Assembly (NCBI RefSeq): GCF_009914755.1
Contig: NC_060941.1
Direction: 5' to 3' (one strand)
Length of the DNA stretch: 64,000 bases
DNA from: the human T2T-CHM13v2.0 reference genome, Homo sapiens
This document shows, in pieces, positions 13,047-28,457 of this stretch (its first letter is position 1; the number at the start of each line of letters is the position of its first letter). The notes beneath the pieces were generated by a model, which made no database searches, was not told the DNA's origin, and saw nothing but the letters and a program-made list of their open reading frames with translations. Made by a program: the position numbers and the translations under genes.

Positions 13047-15226
13047 TTAGTTTTCCAGAGAACCCACGCTTACCCTGACATGCTTACAGCATTCATCAGC
13101 AGAGATCCTAAGGTCTCCATAATTCTATATAGAAGAGTTCAAGGGGTAACAGTCTGGTTGGGAGGGCAGAAGTTAGGGGGAGTTCGAGGTAGTAAAATTC
13201 TTCTTGAAGTTGCATGTCTAAGGCAAGTATGGTACCCATGACATGTCCAAAATCTGTTAATTTCAAGAAATATTTCCCAAACTTAGTAATCGCCCCTCCC
13301 ATGAGGAAGCAGCTTTGCCACAAAAGGTAGTCTTGTGCTGCCAGCTTTCCCCGTGATCCTATACGATAAATGTTTACAGAGAAGGTGCCACTAACAGAAC
13401 GGAGCCGTATTCAGACACCATTCTATAAAGGGGCTGCTTTTTCCTGGCAGCGTGCAAGATTCCTGGCAGGTTCCAAGATCTTGACTGATAATGTGAAGTG
13501 GGTCTTCTGGCTTTAACTATTTCTTTTCATTTTAACACAAAATAAGGGTTTCTTTACACCAAAATATATAATAATCAAAATAAAGGGCTTATTTGAGAAT
13601 AACTGTGTCCATTATTTATACACTATGGGAGGAACTATGTGCCAGGCACAAAGCTGTTAACTTAAACTATGATCTACCACAAACTACCAATAACACGGCA
13701 CTGGTGTTATCTACCACAACGGCTTCAGTGGGCAGGTTGTTGATTCAGTTAACGGGAAGGTGTTTCCATTCTGGTCTTTTCTGCCTCCTCCTCTTAAGCC
13801 TAGAGCCATGCAACCTCATGCCTACAAACAGGTTTAGGAACCTCCTGAAATCGTGTGTTAAGTTCTGTGTATTTGTGTGTTTGCATCGGGAGCAGGATGC
13901 TCGTGAGATTCCCAGAGAGGTCTGTGATTCTTAAAATTGCTGCCGTAATATTGTATATTTCAGCTAATGCAGATCTCCTAAAGAGCAAACCTGAAGGTTG
14001 CCTCTTTTCTCCCTATCTGCCAGGGGACAAGGAGAGGTGTCCTGGGTAGAGAGAACACCTTGTCTACCTGGTAAACTCCTGCTTAGACTTATTATCCCAG
14101 CACCAAATCTGTCTTTTCTGTAAAGCTTTCTCCCTACTTGTCTATGAATTCTCTGAAGCTCAGATTGACATTCCAGATACAGACGAACGAACAGATAGAG
14201 CCTCTCCTTTTGGTTGCCAGTTTTGCATTATTCACGGATCTACTTCTCTTCTGAATAAGATTAGTCTTTTCCTTAATTTGGGGTAAATATTAATTGCAGC
14301 GCGTGAAGTTGTGGAATGTTTAGGCTTCAAAACAAACAATTCTAATTCATTGAACTTTGATCCATCTCTTTCTCTTTTGTCTTGCAGATTCCAGTGCTGC
14401 AACTATATTCAATAAGTGGGCCTTGTTCAAATCCTGAGTACAAATACTGTCTTCTCTTTAACGGAGCTGTTTCATGCTTCTGCCTTTCTGTAGAAGGAAA
14501 ACAACGTCCATTCTCAGGCTTATCTGAATCTAGCACCACTTTTCACAAGTTATTTTTGCTTCAAGCTACTTTATGTGGTTCTCTATTAATTTCCTATCTC
14601 CACCCTCAACAGTAAGGAGATACTAAAAACTGTCCATTTGGTTCCGCTTGTGGGATTTTACTGATTTTTAACTTTGCAATACTGTCTTGCATATTTTAAA
14701 TCTGCGTATCTCTAAGATGACTCTCCAGAGCTGATGAATTTTCTCTTCCATGCTGATGAGCCAGCCATGGGAGAGTGGAGGAGTGGGGGAGGAAAGAGTT
14801 ACTGTCTCGCGAGCTGTGAGTCTGCCTGCCCACAGCGGCGTTTTGGATGAGACTCATTATTTGTGGAAATGGTGTGTTCCACAGGCAAAAATAACTTTTT
14901 AAAAAAAGAACATCTCTGCACTCTCCTGAAGTCATCTCAAAATGAATTCAAGATTTCTCATGAAATGGAGAAAGCTTTCTGATGGCCTGAATGGTTCCTT
15001 GTGTACTTGACCATGCCACGTTAAATCTAATCTAGGTAACATTAGGGTCCAGAAAAAGCTAATAGAGGCTTAATGATGAGGTAATGAGCACAGAGGTCAA
15101 GGGTAGGAAACAGGTTTTCTATTTGGAGCCTCATAGCCATGGGAAAATCTCAGTTGAGAACCAGAAAGAAGCAGAAAGGAGCAATTGAAGTAGAAGAATA
15201 TGCTCCCTTTCCTTTACCTGATTTTA

Positions 15227-15900
<674 letters not shown>

Positions 15901-17082
15901 AGACAATGTGATGGCAGTTGTAACTGAGGGACTGGGATAGCCAACCTCTCCTGTCCACAGAACCCTGTTCCAAATCCCATTTAGAGTCCTCAGATCCCCA
16001 CTGCTCAAATCCCTTCTCTGTACTTTCTACCCGTCTGCTCCTGCCTGTACGCTCTTATTAAAGTATTTCTGAATGCCTAGCTTGGCTGGTCACCCCTCCT
16101 CCAGGTATAACCCCTGCCTAAATCCCCTGACCTATGAGACCTCAAGTCCTGTCCCTATTGGGCCTGACACCCTTGATGACACGGTCTCCAGTGAACCAGC
16201 CAAAGCATTGTTTTTCCACAGACCATGGCACCTGCAACAGCACCTCTGGCCTGTTTCTCACCAATTCATCTCATTTGCGTTCCAAGCTGATGGAGTCCCA
16301 GGTAGAATGCAGCAAGATGAACATGTCTGAACCTTAATGTCAGCATATAGGGGTTCGACAGACAGCTACTATGAGAGAATATGCAAAGTCACATGAAATT
16401 GAGGTACTTACCAGCGGATACGTGTGGGGTGGAGTTGGAGGCTGATGCTGAATGAATTCAGACACTCCTTGTCTCATCGCTGTTGAAAACTAGAAGTCTT
16501 CACTAAGCCAAGAAACTCCCTGGGGCTTAAGTTCTAGCCTTAGTAGAATGACCTTTGCAGATGGAAATAACAGCACAGAACTCTTGAATTGACGCATAAA
16601 TAGTTCCAACCCTGAATATCCTCCTTGATAAACCACATGATATTGGAAATTTTTATTTTGTAAACAATACACTCCAAGCAGATTTCCCTCCATAGAAGTT
16701 CTAATCTAATGACAAGATTTGCCCCTAGTTGAGAGAAGGGGACAGTAGGGAAAGCCCTGGACTTGAGGTTAGTTGCGTTGGGAAGTGTAGTGGTTACAAG
16801 GCTGTAACTCCCAGAGCCGACCAGCTTCTGGGAGTGTTGGGGGCTTCTGGCTCTCAGCTGAATCCTATTCAGAGATTTGCTCTCAGCTAATGGGAATCAC
16901 CCAAGCTTACATCTTCTTCCTAGGAACACATCTATCCAATAACTGGTTCTGGGGATGGGAGAAAAAAAAAGGCCTGATCTCATCTCTTTAAGGCAGGACA
17001 ACTCTGAAGGATTATCCCAGATCCAGAGTTCCCTGGGATTCAGGGCCAGAACTAGGGTGAGGTGAGTGAAGAACTTGACTGA

Positions 17083-17480
<398 letters not shown>

Positions 17481-17496
17481 ACAAAATATTTTATAG

Positions 17497-17803
17497 GGCT
17501 GTGGGCATAGTGGCTTTCTCCTGCAATCCCAGCATCTTTGGAGGCCAAGGAGAGAACATGGCTTGAGAACAGGCATTTGAAACCAGCCTGGGCAATATAG
17601 TGAGACTCCATTGCCACAAATAAAAAAAAAATCAAATCAAATCAAAAATTGGCTGGGCATGGTGGTGTGTGCCTGTAGTTCCAGCTACTCAGGAGGCCAA
17701 AGTTGGAGCATGGCTTGAGCTCAGGAGTTCTAGGCTGCAGTGAGCTGTGATCGCACCATTGCACTCCAGCCTGAGCAACAGAGTGAGACCCTTCCTCTAA
17801 AAA
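17497..17803 (+). mobile_element. AluJ
   Basis: Diverged dimer. Confidence 0.92.
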
Positions 17804-19410
17804 ATTATAATCATAAATTTTTTTAAAATGTGGTAAATGCAAACCCTGACAGGATGGGGATTAGGGTGGGGCAAGTGAGGTCAGCCATGTAAATACAGGG
17901 TTGGATTTTGCCTTTTATTTGAAATTTTGGTTCTTTGTTCATCATGATTTTTTTTTACATTAGTTTAAACGTTTGAATACTGCATTAAAATATGTATCTT
18001 GATTACTGAGTTTTCTGGCACCCTGACATTTTGCCCTGAGGCGAGTGCCTAATAGGTCTTACTCTGCTTGAATCTGCTGAGACCTCGATCGGAAACACGT
18101 CACAGTTTAACTTCTCCTCATGCTCTATCCTGCTTTCCTCACTCCTTTGTAGGAATTATTTCCAAGCCATTCCCCGGAAAGCCTCCTGCCCCCAAACCCA
18201 ACATTGGCAGAGTCACTTTTCTAGGGGCCCCCACCGAAGACAGGGAGATTACTTGGTAGTTTTGAAAGTTTATGTTTTAGACAAAGCTACATTTGAAGCT
18301 CAGCCCCCTGACCTACCAGAAGTGGGACAAGGCATGCAGTTTCTGAATCTCAATTTTCCTCTATTATCAAACGAGAAAAGCAATTCCTCCCTCTCATTTA
18401 ATCCTGGAGTGCTAAGAGGAGTAAATGAGCTATCCCAGGCAAAGAACTCCATTTAGTGGTTTGTAGCAAATAACAGGTGTTCAGGAAATGTTATTATCCC
18501 TTCGTGTGTTTCAGCTTTGCCTTTCCTGGAGCCCTTAAACAGGCTGAAGTGAAAAGCACCATGACCTGTCACTACAAGACGAGAAGCCTCAGGAGAAGGA
18601 AGGAGATCCCTTTTCATTGGTTTTGCCGAGTTTCCCGAGCTCCATCCTCCTACAGTTAAATCAACACTCTTTATCCTTAGACTGCTGATAATCTCACCAA
18701 CCGCTTCCTGGTAAGATCTGTAATGCGTGAGGTCTTCCTTCTTAGTTGTTTGCAAACATCAGTGATTAGGGACAATTAGGGACTGGTGTGCCTGTCATTC
18801 TTCTCCTTTCAGCTGAGGAGGAAATCCTCATGCACCGTTATCGGGAGTGAGACTTCATCTGTCAGCTGCAGTCTCAGGAATCCACGGGTTCATTCAGTCG
18901 CAACTCCAATCTCACTAACTTTATCTGTGTTCCTCAAATGCCTTAGACTATTTGCTTCCCACTGATAGGGAAACCTGACATCTCATTTTCTCAGTGTCCA
19001 GACAAAGATTCGTACATAGCAAGAAACTAAGATAGGTGTTACAGAACGTGGAGGGAACCAGGAAAACCAAATAGAGGACCCCCTTCATGGGGCTTCCAAC
19101 ACGACAATAGGCAAAAGAGAAGAAACATACATGTAAGAGACAAGCAAAACCCAGAACCATCACTTATGAAGGATGTCCTCATCACCCTCCTTTGCTGCCT
19201 GTCAAAACCGGTGAGGGCTCATATGACACCTTAATTATGAATTAATCTTCGTTCCTCCTACACCAGCACTTCCCCTCACCCCAGTCGAAGCCATCTCTTT
19301 ATATTTCCATAGCTTAAAATGCTATTTTTGGTTCTAGATGCTTTGCCTCTAGATTTGGATACTGCATCCATATTGTTGTATATTTTTTCCTTTCTATCTT
19401 TTCCACAATG

Positions 19411-20382
19411 TTTTTTTTTTTTTAACTTTTAAGTTTAGGGGTCCAAGTGCAGGTTTGTTACATAGGTAAACTTGTGTCATGGGGGCTTGTTGTACAGATT
19501 ATTTCATCACCAAGATATTAAGCCTAGTACCCATTAGTTACGTCTTTCTTCTCCCACCCTCCACCTTCCAAAAGGCCCCAGTATGTGTTGTACCTCTCTA
19601 TGTGTCCATGTGTTCTCATCATTTAGCTCCCACTTATAAGTGAGAACGTGCGGTATCTGGCTTTCTGTCCCTACGTTAGTTTGCTAAGGATGATGGGCTC
19701 CAGCTTCATCCATGTCCCTGCAAAGGACATGGTCTTGTCCTTTTTTATGGCTGCATAGTATTCCATGGTGTATATGTACCAATTTTGCTTTATTCAGTCT
19801 ACCATCGATGGGCATTTAGGTTGATTCAATGTCTTTGCTATTGTGAATAGTGCTGCAATGAACATACACGTGCAGGTGTCTTTATCATAGAATTATTTAT
19901 ATTCCTTTGGGTATATATCCAGTAATGGGATTGCTGGGTTGAATGGTAGTTCTGTCTGTAGGTATTTGAAGGATCACCACACTGTCTTCCGCAGTGGCTG
20001 AACTAATTTACACTCCCACCGGCAGGGTCAAAGCATTCCTTTTTCTCCACAACCTCGCCAGTGCCTGTTGTTTTTTGACTTTTTAATAATAGCCATTCTG
20101 ACTGGCGTTAGATGGTATCTTGTGGTTTTGATTTGCATTTCTCTAATGACCAGTGATGTTGAGCTTTTTCTCATGTGATTTTCAGCCACATACATGTCTT
20201 CCTTTGAAAAGTGTTCATGTCCTTTGCCCACTTCTTTATGTGGTTGTTTGTTTTTTTCTTGTAAATTTATTTAAGTTCATTATAGATGCTGGATGTTAGA
20301 CCTTTGTCAGATGCATAGTTTGCAAAAATTTTCTCCCATTCTGTAGGTTGTCTGTTTACTCTGTTGATAGTTTCTTTTGCTA
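19411..20382 (-). mobile_element. 5'-truncated L1PA (older)
   Basis: L1 3'UTR plus ORF2 remnant ([22 protein letters not shown]); TSD ttccacaatg at 19401-19410 and 20383-20392. Confidence 0.93.
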
Positions 20383-20877
20383 TTCCACAATGTTTTGTGC
20401 AAGATAAGTGCTTAGCAAATGCTTGTAAAGGAATGCCTGCACCAGGAAAGTCCAATAGCTATGAATAAAGAAAGAAAGGACAAGTTCCAGGGGAGGTGAT
20501 TTTTTTTTCATTTTCATTTTTTTAGACAGCTTTTAAAGGAATGGAGTAGCATGTTCTTCTGGAGCAGGAGTTACAAATTGGACCTCTAAGGGCCACATTC
20601 AGCCTATCCACATGGTTGCAGCACTGACAGAGTGTTTTGAAATTTTAAACTCTGAATACTTGTAGATAACATATGCATGCCACAATAAACTGCATTTCCA
20701 TCACCTCATGCTGCTCTTGGCGTCTATGACACATGCCTGACTCACAGGCCATTTGAATTCGAGAGTCTGGCTCTGCAGCCTGCTGTCTATAGCATTTCCC
20801 TCTCCAGAGTAAGTTCTCCCTGGCCAAAGCATGTTGAGGATTAGGTAAATGTGTGTGTGTTTCTCTAATTTCTCTAG

Positions 20878-21041
20878 TCTTCTTCTTCTTCTCTTTTTTC
20901 TTCTCCTTCTCCTTTTTCTTCTCCTTCTCCTTCTCCTTCTGCTTCTTCTCCTTCTCCTTCTCCTTCTTCCTCTTCTTCTTCTCCTTCTCCTCCTCCTCCT
21001 CATTCTTCTTCTTCTTCCTTCTTCCTTCTTTCTTCTTCTTC
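20878..21041. repeat. (CTT)n/(CTTCTC)n polypyrimidine tract (Alu tail)
   Basis: ~165 bp, almost purely C/T. Confidence 0.95.
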
Positions 21042-21278
21042 AGACAGAGTCTCACTCTGTCACCCAGGCTGCAGTCCAGTGGTGTGATCTCTGCTCATTG
21101 CGACCTCCACCTCTGAGGTTCAAGTGATTCTCCTGCCTCAGCCTCCCAAGTAGCTGGGATTACAGGTGCCCACCACTACACTCGACTAATTTTTGTATTT
21201 TTAGTAAAGACGGGGATTACTATATTGGTCAGGCTGGTCTCGAACCCCTGACCTCAGGTGATCCATCTGCCTCGGCCC
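21042..21278 (-). mobile_element. AluSx-like, slightly 5'-truncated
   Basis: Reverse-complement Alu ending at ctcggcc. Confidence 0.93.
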
Positions 21279-21389
21279 ACTAGTCATCTTCTTAAATGTA
21301 GATTAAGACCTTTTATTTCTAGGCCAATACCAGATCTGGGAAAAAACATAGCAATCATTCAGGGACAACCAAATAACAAGGCTTTATTC

Positions 21390-21560
21390 CAATTAATCCT
21401 CACACAACAACCTTGAAATTAGGCATTATCATACCCATTTTACATATGAGCAAACTGAGGCTCAGAAAAGTTAAATAACTTGCCCAAAGCTACAAGAGCT
21501 GGGAAGCATGGGAAACAGAATTCAAACGTAGATCTGAGTGCTTCCCATACCCTTAATCTT
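21390..21560. mobile_element. MIR
   Basis: cccattttacatatgagcaaactgaggctcagaaaagttaaataacttgcccaa. Confidence 0.8.
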
Positions 21561-24209
21561 CTCATAATTTGGAATTGCCAGGGAGGCAAGCAGGCATGTA
21601 GAACGTTCATTTCCACAGGCAGAGTTGCAGGGCGAGATGTGACCCGTGTTCCATGACACGTGTTCTGAGCAGCACAGGGGTCTGTATACAAGTAATTCCT
21701 GTTTATCTGCAGCAAGGCAGGCGAGTCATGTGCAGATAATCCAAAAATAGTTTCTAATTTTTCTTGGGATAAATATAAATTTTTGGCAACAGGCACCCCT
21801 TTCAAAGTGTGTTTTGATTAGAGTTACACGAAAAGACATTTTTATTCTCTGAGGATGTGCCAGCTAATGGGCAGAAGGGAACTAAGAAGAGTGCCAGCCT
21901 GATCTCCCTTCTCCCCTCCAATAAAAGGGCTGTGTACGGTCTACAGAGCCGCTGGTGAAAGACTTGGGGTGGAAATACAGCACCTGGGCTCCGGCTGACT
22001 CTCCACCACTCTCGAATGCAAAACCCAACTCAACACTCCTCTTTTTACTGATGAGGAACTAAGATCGGGTTGTGAGGTGTCTTGGCCAAGATCACATGGC
22101 AAAGTAGTAGAGAAATGGAATTCAGAATCTAGGTCCCTTAACTTCCTCTTTTTTCAATATAAATTCTCCTTTCTGATTTTAATGTCAGACAGCTCCAAAG
22201 TCAGTAATGGCCAGGAGCTGAGACAAAGAGATGTTTGCATATAATTCAAAGTATGGACCCAAAATATGAGAGACAGAAAATGATAGTTGTGCAAATCTGT
22301 TCTAAGCCCAGAAGCTGGGCTTCCATGAATACCTCTCTTCTGACAACTCATTAGGAACCTGGAGACAGTAGAGAGGCAATCTGTGCAGAGTAGACGGAGC
22401 TGAACCATGGGGGCAGGCAGACCTGTGTGATTGTGGACACATTACTTAAACTCTCTTGGCTTTTTCTCAACTGCAAAATTCAATTACTGTGAGAATTCAT
22501 GGTGAGCATAGAAGCATCTGGCCTAGAAAAGCCTCATTGCAAATGGATGGTCTTGTTCCTGGGACTCAATGCAAACAAATGGTCAGATTCAGTCCCTGTG
22601 GCTGAATCTGGCTCCTGTTGAGTGATTTATTGATTAGATTTATTGATTTGGTGATTTACTGGCAGATCTCCAAAGTATCTCCTTCTAAACAAATGCAATA
22701 GATGGAAGAGAAATCAATATATTAGCATGGAAAGGAAAATAAGATCTATCCTTCCTGACCCTCAAACTCAAAACCTATACTCTTCTGTCCCACAATCAGT
22801 TGTAAGAGTGGAAATTGTGACGTAGTGGGCAGGGAATGTGTGAAAGGAAAGAAGCAGGAAATGAAGCAACCCTAGGGCCTCCTCTTCTGAGTGCCCAGGC
22901 TCAGGTAGACCAAGGTTGACCAAAGTTGCCCAGCCAGTGCAAAGAGGAGGGTCATTCTGCCCAGAAAAGACAAACCAATGAGCACTCATGTTTCTGCCTT
23001 TAAGATGAGACCTGAGAAGGCCAAAAGTTTGCCATTAGCATGTTCTTTAACTGTCATTTATTTGACTTTAGTTGAGACTTAGGAATGATCGGACAAGATT
23101 TAGTAACCCCATTTTATAGATAAGGAAACTGAGGCTCAAGGAGGTGAAATAACTTCTCTAGGTGTACACAGCATGTAATGGTAGAGCTGCTATTAGAACC
23201 TGCTTTACTATGAGGAACCATTCATATGCCTTGTAACTGTTTAAGACAGAAGCTATATCTCATTCGTCTTTGCATCCTTAGTGTCTAGTAGACAACAGGG
23301 CTTCGGTAAGCAGTTGCTGAAGGAATTAATCTCTTATGTATTGTGCTACCATGCATGTATTTGAGTAAGTCCAGTGTTATAAATCATCTTTCTATCTCAC
23401 AGAGCATGTTACCTCAGAAAATCTCTATGATCACAAACCGAGCCAAGAATAAATTAGACAAATATTTATTTAGCCATATTAAAGACAGTCTTTCCATACA
23501 AATGTTCTTACATAATCATAATTTATCAATCATTTAAAAGTCAACTGTAAGCCTGGTATTAAACAAAATCAAGAGGCCTGCCTGAATTATAATTCTTCAT
23601 GAAAAACTGAAGTTGCTTCATCCAGAGGCCTTTTTTGCATAGTGAGATACATTTGACATAATTAGGTGGGAACCTGATAAGGAGTTGAATCAACTGGGGA
23701 TGTTTTTGGAATTAAAGATGCCAATTTCAGAATTTAATCTGTGAACAGCTCTCAGTCCATGATTTCATAGTTTTCTAAGATAGCATATTTTGGACAAAGG
23801 CAGTTCTTTGTGGCCAAAAAAAGGTCTTTTGTTCCTTATATGAAGATAACTCTGTCCGTCCATCATGTTTGAGCCCTTCACCCTTGACTTGTATTTGCAC
23901 CTATGTGTGATTCTGCACACTGCTCCATTCTCTCACCTGCCTCACTGCCTATGAACACAAGACTCTGGGAGCAAGTGTGGGAAGACAAGGGGGAGAAAGG
24001 GATCAGCAGTTTTGCAGCATGAAACAGCTGACCTGGCCCTTGAGCATGGGATCTCTAACCCCATCACTAAACATGCAAGTTGATAAGTAGGATGTAGTTT
24101 CATTTCCTGATTCTATGCCATTCTGTAAAGAATTAGAAAAGTCCCTGATTGACATTCTAGTGGGGAAAGGGGGAAGGTGGAAAATGAGAAAGTACAGAAT
24201 CATCAGAGG

Positions 24210-24628
24210 GGTATATTAGTTTGCTAGGGTTGCCATAACGAAGTATCGCAGACTGGATGGCTCAAAAAACAAATGTGTTTTCTCATGGTTCTGGAGGCTT
24301 CAAATGCAAGATCAAGACATCAGCAGGATTGGTATCTCCTGAGGCCTCTCTCCTTGGCTTGCAGATGGTCACCTTCTCACTGTGTCCTCACATGGTCTTT
24401 CCTCTGTGTATGTGCAACCCTGGTGACTCTGTATGTCCAAATTTCCTCTTCTTATAAGGACACCAGTCAGGTTGGAGTAGGGACTTAATACAATGACCTT
24501 AACAGCTTCATTTTAACTTAATTACCTCTTTAAAGGCCCTATCTCCAAATACAGTCATATTCTGATGTACCAGGGGTTAAGACTTCAACATATGAATTTG
24601 GAGAGGGGGCACAATGCAGCCCAGAACA
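24210..24628 (-). mobile_element. MLT1A-C type solo LTR
   Basis: tattagtttgctagggttgccataac…gacttcaacatatgaatttggagaggg. Confidence 0.85.
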
Positions 24629-24741
24629 GGGAGGAAGCGTCAAAAATACCAAAATCAAGCTTCAATTTCAGCACAGATTTTCTCAAGACATATTTAGACA
24701 TTGGACATGGGAAAATGGAAAGCTAACTATGTTTTCTATGA

Positions 24742-24965
24742 GCAGTCATATGCTGGTAAATGTTTAACAAGCATCAGTCAGTGGCAGAGCAGGGAGCCAT
24801 GATTTGTAGTGTTTGCCAATTTCAGTGGTGTAAATACTCCCACCACCATCTATTTTCAGTTAGCAATGTGGCATCACTGAACACAGAGTTGGGAACGCAG
24901 ATTCACAGAGATTGAAGCAGTTGAATCTCACAAACCAGTGGGAGCTGGATCCAGCATACCTGCTG
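24742..24965. mobile_element. MER63-like hAT remnant
   Basis: Terminal inverted repeat-like ends (…tatgctggtaaatgtttaac / …ccagcatacctgctg). Confidence 0.5.
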
Positions 24966-26500
24966 ATAATTAAAATGCAGAGTGATGTCATGGTGCCCTG
25001 GCCTGGCTCCCCCTTCCCACAGATGCCTCTAGTGTGAAGTCTCCACCTATTCTCTACAAGATACTGGATCTCTAATCTGGCAAACTAAAGATCTATAAAT
25101 CTAAACATTCCCCTTTCCCTTCATTTGGACCTGAAATATTTAAGTACCAATACTCAAAATCCTTGATAGAGCCCACCTCATCTCTGAATACTGGACAAGT
25201 CATCTGTTCAAATGATTGTGAAGCAAAGCAGCAGGATGTCAAAATATTCATCAATCCTCCAAAAGGGAACTGATCTGACAAATCAAAGAAAATTACCCCC
25301 ATTTTAATAACAGTTATTAAAATAATCACAGGCAACTTTATTTCTAATACATATTTTCAAAACTATTCAGGAAGATTTCACATTTATAAAAATGGTCCCA
25401 TAAAGGAAGCAATCTGACATCAGAAAGTATTTATTAGCAATTTTAAAGTGACAGATACCTTTTAAAATGCAGTATATAGCAAATGGATTCTGTCTAAAGT
25501 GGAATGATTTAATTACAGTGCAAGTTCAAAAAGTTTCCATGTAACTTGGCATATGAGATAAACACGATAAGGTATTAAGAAGATGAGGAACCCAAGGAGA
25601 ATGATCCAGAAGATCTAGTAGTTATGTGTAACAAGAATTCCCGAGCGATCAGAGTATTCAAAAGATTAACAGTCAAAGAAATAGAAGAAAATTATTCCTG
25701 AACTAATAAAGACATGAATCTTCAGTGTAAAGGATTCACCAAGTATTGCACAATGAATGAACTGAAACACACATCCAGACATCTTTTGTTTTCCCCTTTT
25801 TTTTGTTTAAATTCAAGCTTTAGGGAGAAAACAAATCCCACAAGCATCCAAGTATGTTTAATATTTACCCACAAAAGAAAAAAGTCAATTCCACATCAAA
25901 CTTCTTCTTCACAGTACAAACACGGGAAGTCAACTCTACAAATTTTAGATAAGAAAAAGCCATGTCAGAGGGAGATGCTCTCAGACGTGCAGAGACTTTC
26001 AAACTTCACCAGTACATCAGTTCCTGCAAAATAGACCAGAGAAGGTGCTTCCCGCAAAATAAACAGGTAAGCAAAATCTAAAAAGGTAATGCAAGATTGA
26101 AGAAGGCAAAGTGTAAATAAGAACAGTGATATTTAGACTAGAGGGAAGTTTCATGTTTTTTTGTTAAAATGCTTTTGAAACGAAATGCAAATGTAAGGAC
26201 AATCCTTGCCAAAAATACTGTATAATGGAAAAATAAATTTTTAAAGGCTAATTATTTTCATCTGGATTTAATATTCTTGGTCATTTCAATACACTTAAGA
26301 GACATCATTAACCAATTCCTTCAAAATTTAACTCATATCTCACCTCTGTTCCCCATTCTTATTTCTAACACCCCAGTACAATCCCTCATTACATTTCAGC
26401 TAAATTACAAAGATAATTTCCTGACTTCTCTCCCAGTCTCCAGTTTTACACACTTCAATCCACCCTGCACAGATTAATCTTCTTAGAACACTATTTTTAG

Positions 26501-26958
<458 letters not shown>

Positions 26959-28457
26959 AAACATATTTTAATCATTTCACCTTCTATACCTTTCTGTGTA
27001 CACATTTGAAACCTCATTTCACCTCCTTCCACTTCTACCTTCCCTGCTCCAACCTCCAGTTTCAATAAGTCGTTCCTTTCTCCTCTTTAAATGTGGTCTA
27101 GCCCAGTCCACAAAGAAATTTTCCCCTTCAGAATATCCAGGGAATTAGTTGTTGTATTCTAATACGTAATCAATAAATCCTACCTTGTATCATTATTTGC
27201 CATATGTCATCAAAGTTAACACAATTATTGTGAGATAAATCATTATTTTATGTAAGACTAAAAAAGAAAAAAAAAACCTTTGCAAAGTACAGTGTGACAT
27301 TCCATTGGTTTTAAGAGGTTTTAGTTTTTTAGTGATAGTAAAAGATGAAAATATGTGCATTTCAGGTTCCATAAGACACAGTAGGTGTTACATCTATTCC
27401 TCTGTTCACTCACTAAATATTTCTTTGTTGTCTACCGTGTGCTCAGCACTGTTCAGATTGTATTAGCAAACAAGGCTGATGAGGCCCCTGCACTCAAGCT
27501 CATATTCTGCTGAAAAAAATGACTTTTACCAGCTCCTCCCCAGGGATTGTGAGATCTTCAGAGACAAAGTACAAATAATGTCTTGGACTTTGTCACCCAC
27601 AGAATGCAACATTTCTCTGTTTTGCACATAGTAAACACCCTAAATATTTAGTGAGTGAGACAATGAATGAGAAAAGGGGACACAGGATATGTATACACTC
27701 TATTGTAAACTCAGGCACAGGAGACTATACAATTTGTTAAAAGTAGTTAGATTGTAGGCCTTTCAATATGAATGCCTTTACACTACTTCATAAAATAGGA
27801 AGGAAGAAAGAGTTTCAACACAGGTGAGTTGAAGCAATCCTGTTACGTAGATGTGACTGCGGGAGGCCTCAAGGAGTCTCTGAGTGAATCAAATGAATAC
27901 AGAGAATTATAATTAGTACATTATTCACATTGATTTATGAAATTACTTTCTTCCCAGTTAATGAAAATAGCAAACCAACAGTCCCTTGTCATTGGCTGTC
28001 TTAAGATTTCTGGTTTTTTACTGTTGATGGGCCTAGAGTCCATGTCTAGAAATTAGCCTTTTTCTTGGGAATTCAATCAGTGGGGTGGTTAGTGGAATGC
28101 AGAAGTGAGCTTCCTAGGCAGGAGTGGGTACAGACTGTCACCCCACAGTCACATCTCAATGCAGTTTTGTCTCCCCTTCAACATTATGGAACCTGATATG
28201 CACATATTTTCATCTTTTACTATCACTAAAAAACTAAAGCCTCTTAAAACCAATGGAATGTCACACTGTGCTTTGCAAATTCAGGAATTTGGAGCTTCTT
28301 GAGATTGCAGGATGTATCCCTTGAAAACAGCAAGGGCACATTGTGAGTCTTGATTAGCTGGGGTTCCTCATTCTGGAAGTTCATCCTCTTTGAACACACT
28401 CCTTGGAGAACTGGGTGAAAGGAGAATCTCTTAGGCTGCTGTTGGTGCTCATTCCTT

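Noticed and set aside
20645-21127. Poly-Arg, poly-Leu, Lys/Glu and Phe/Ser ORFs
   Set aside because: Translations of the CTT/CTC simple repeat plus Alu.
25560-26230. Possible processed pseudogene
   Set aside because: The A-rich degenerate sequence looks more like an ancient L1 ORF1/HAL1 remnant; no parent gene recognised.
26491-26500. Perfect MEF2 consensus CTATTTTTAG
   Set aside because: Isolated, lies in what looks like an L2 remnant, and has no companion motifs; expected by chance in AT-rich DNA.
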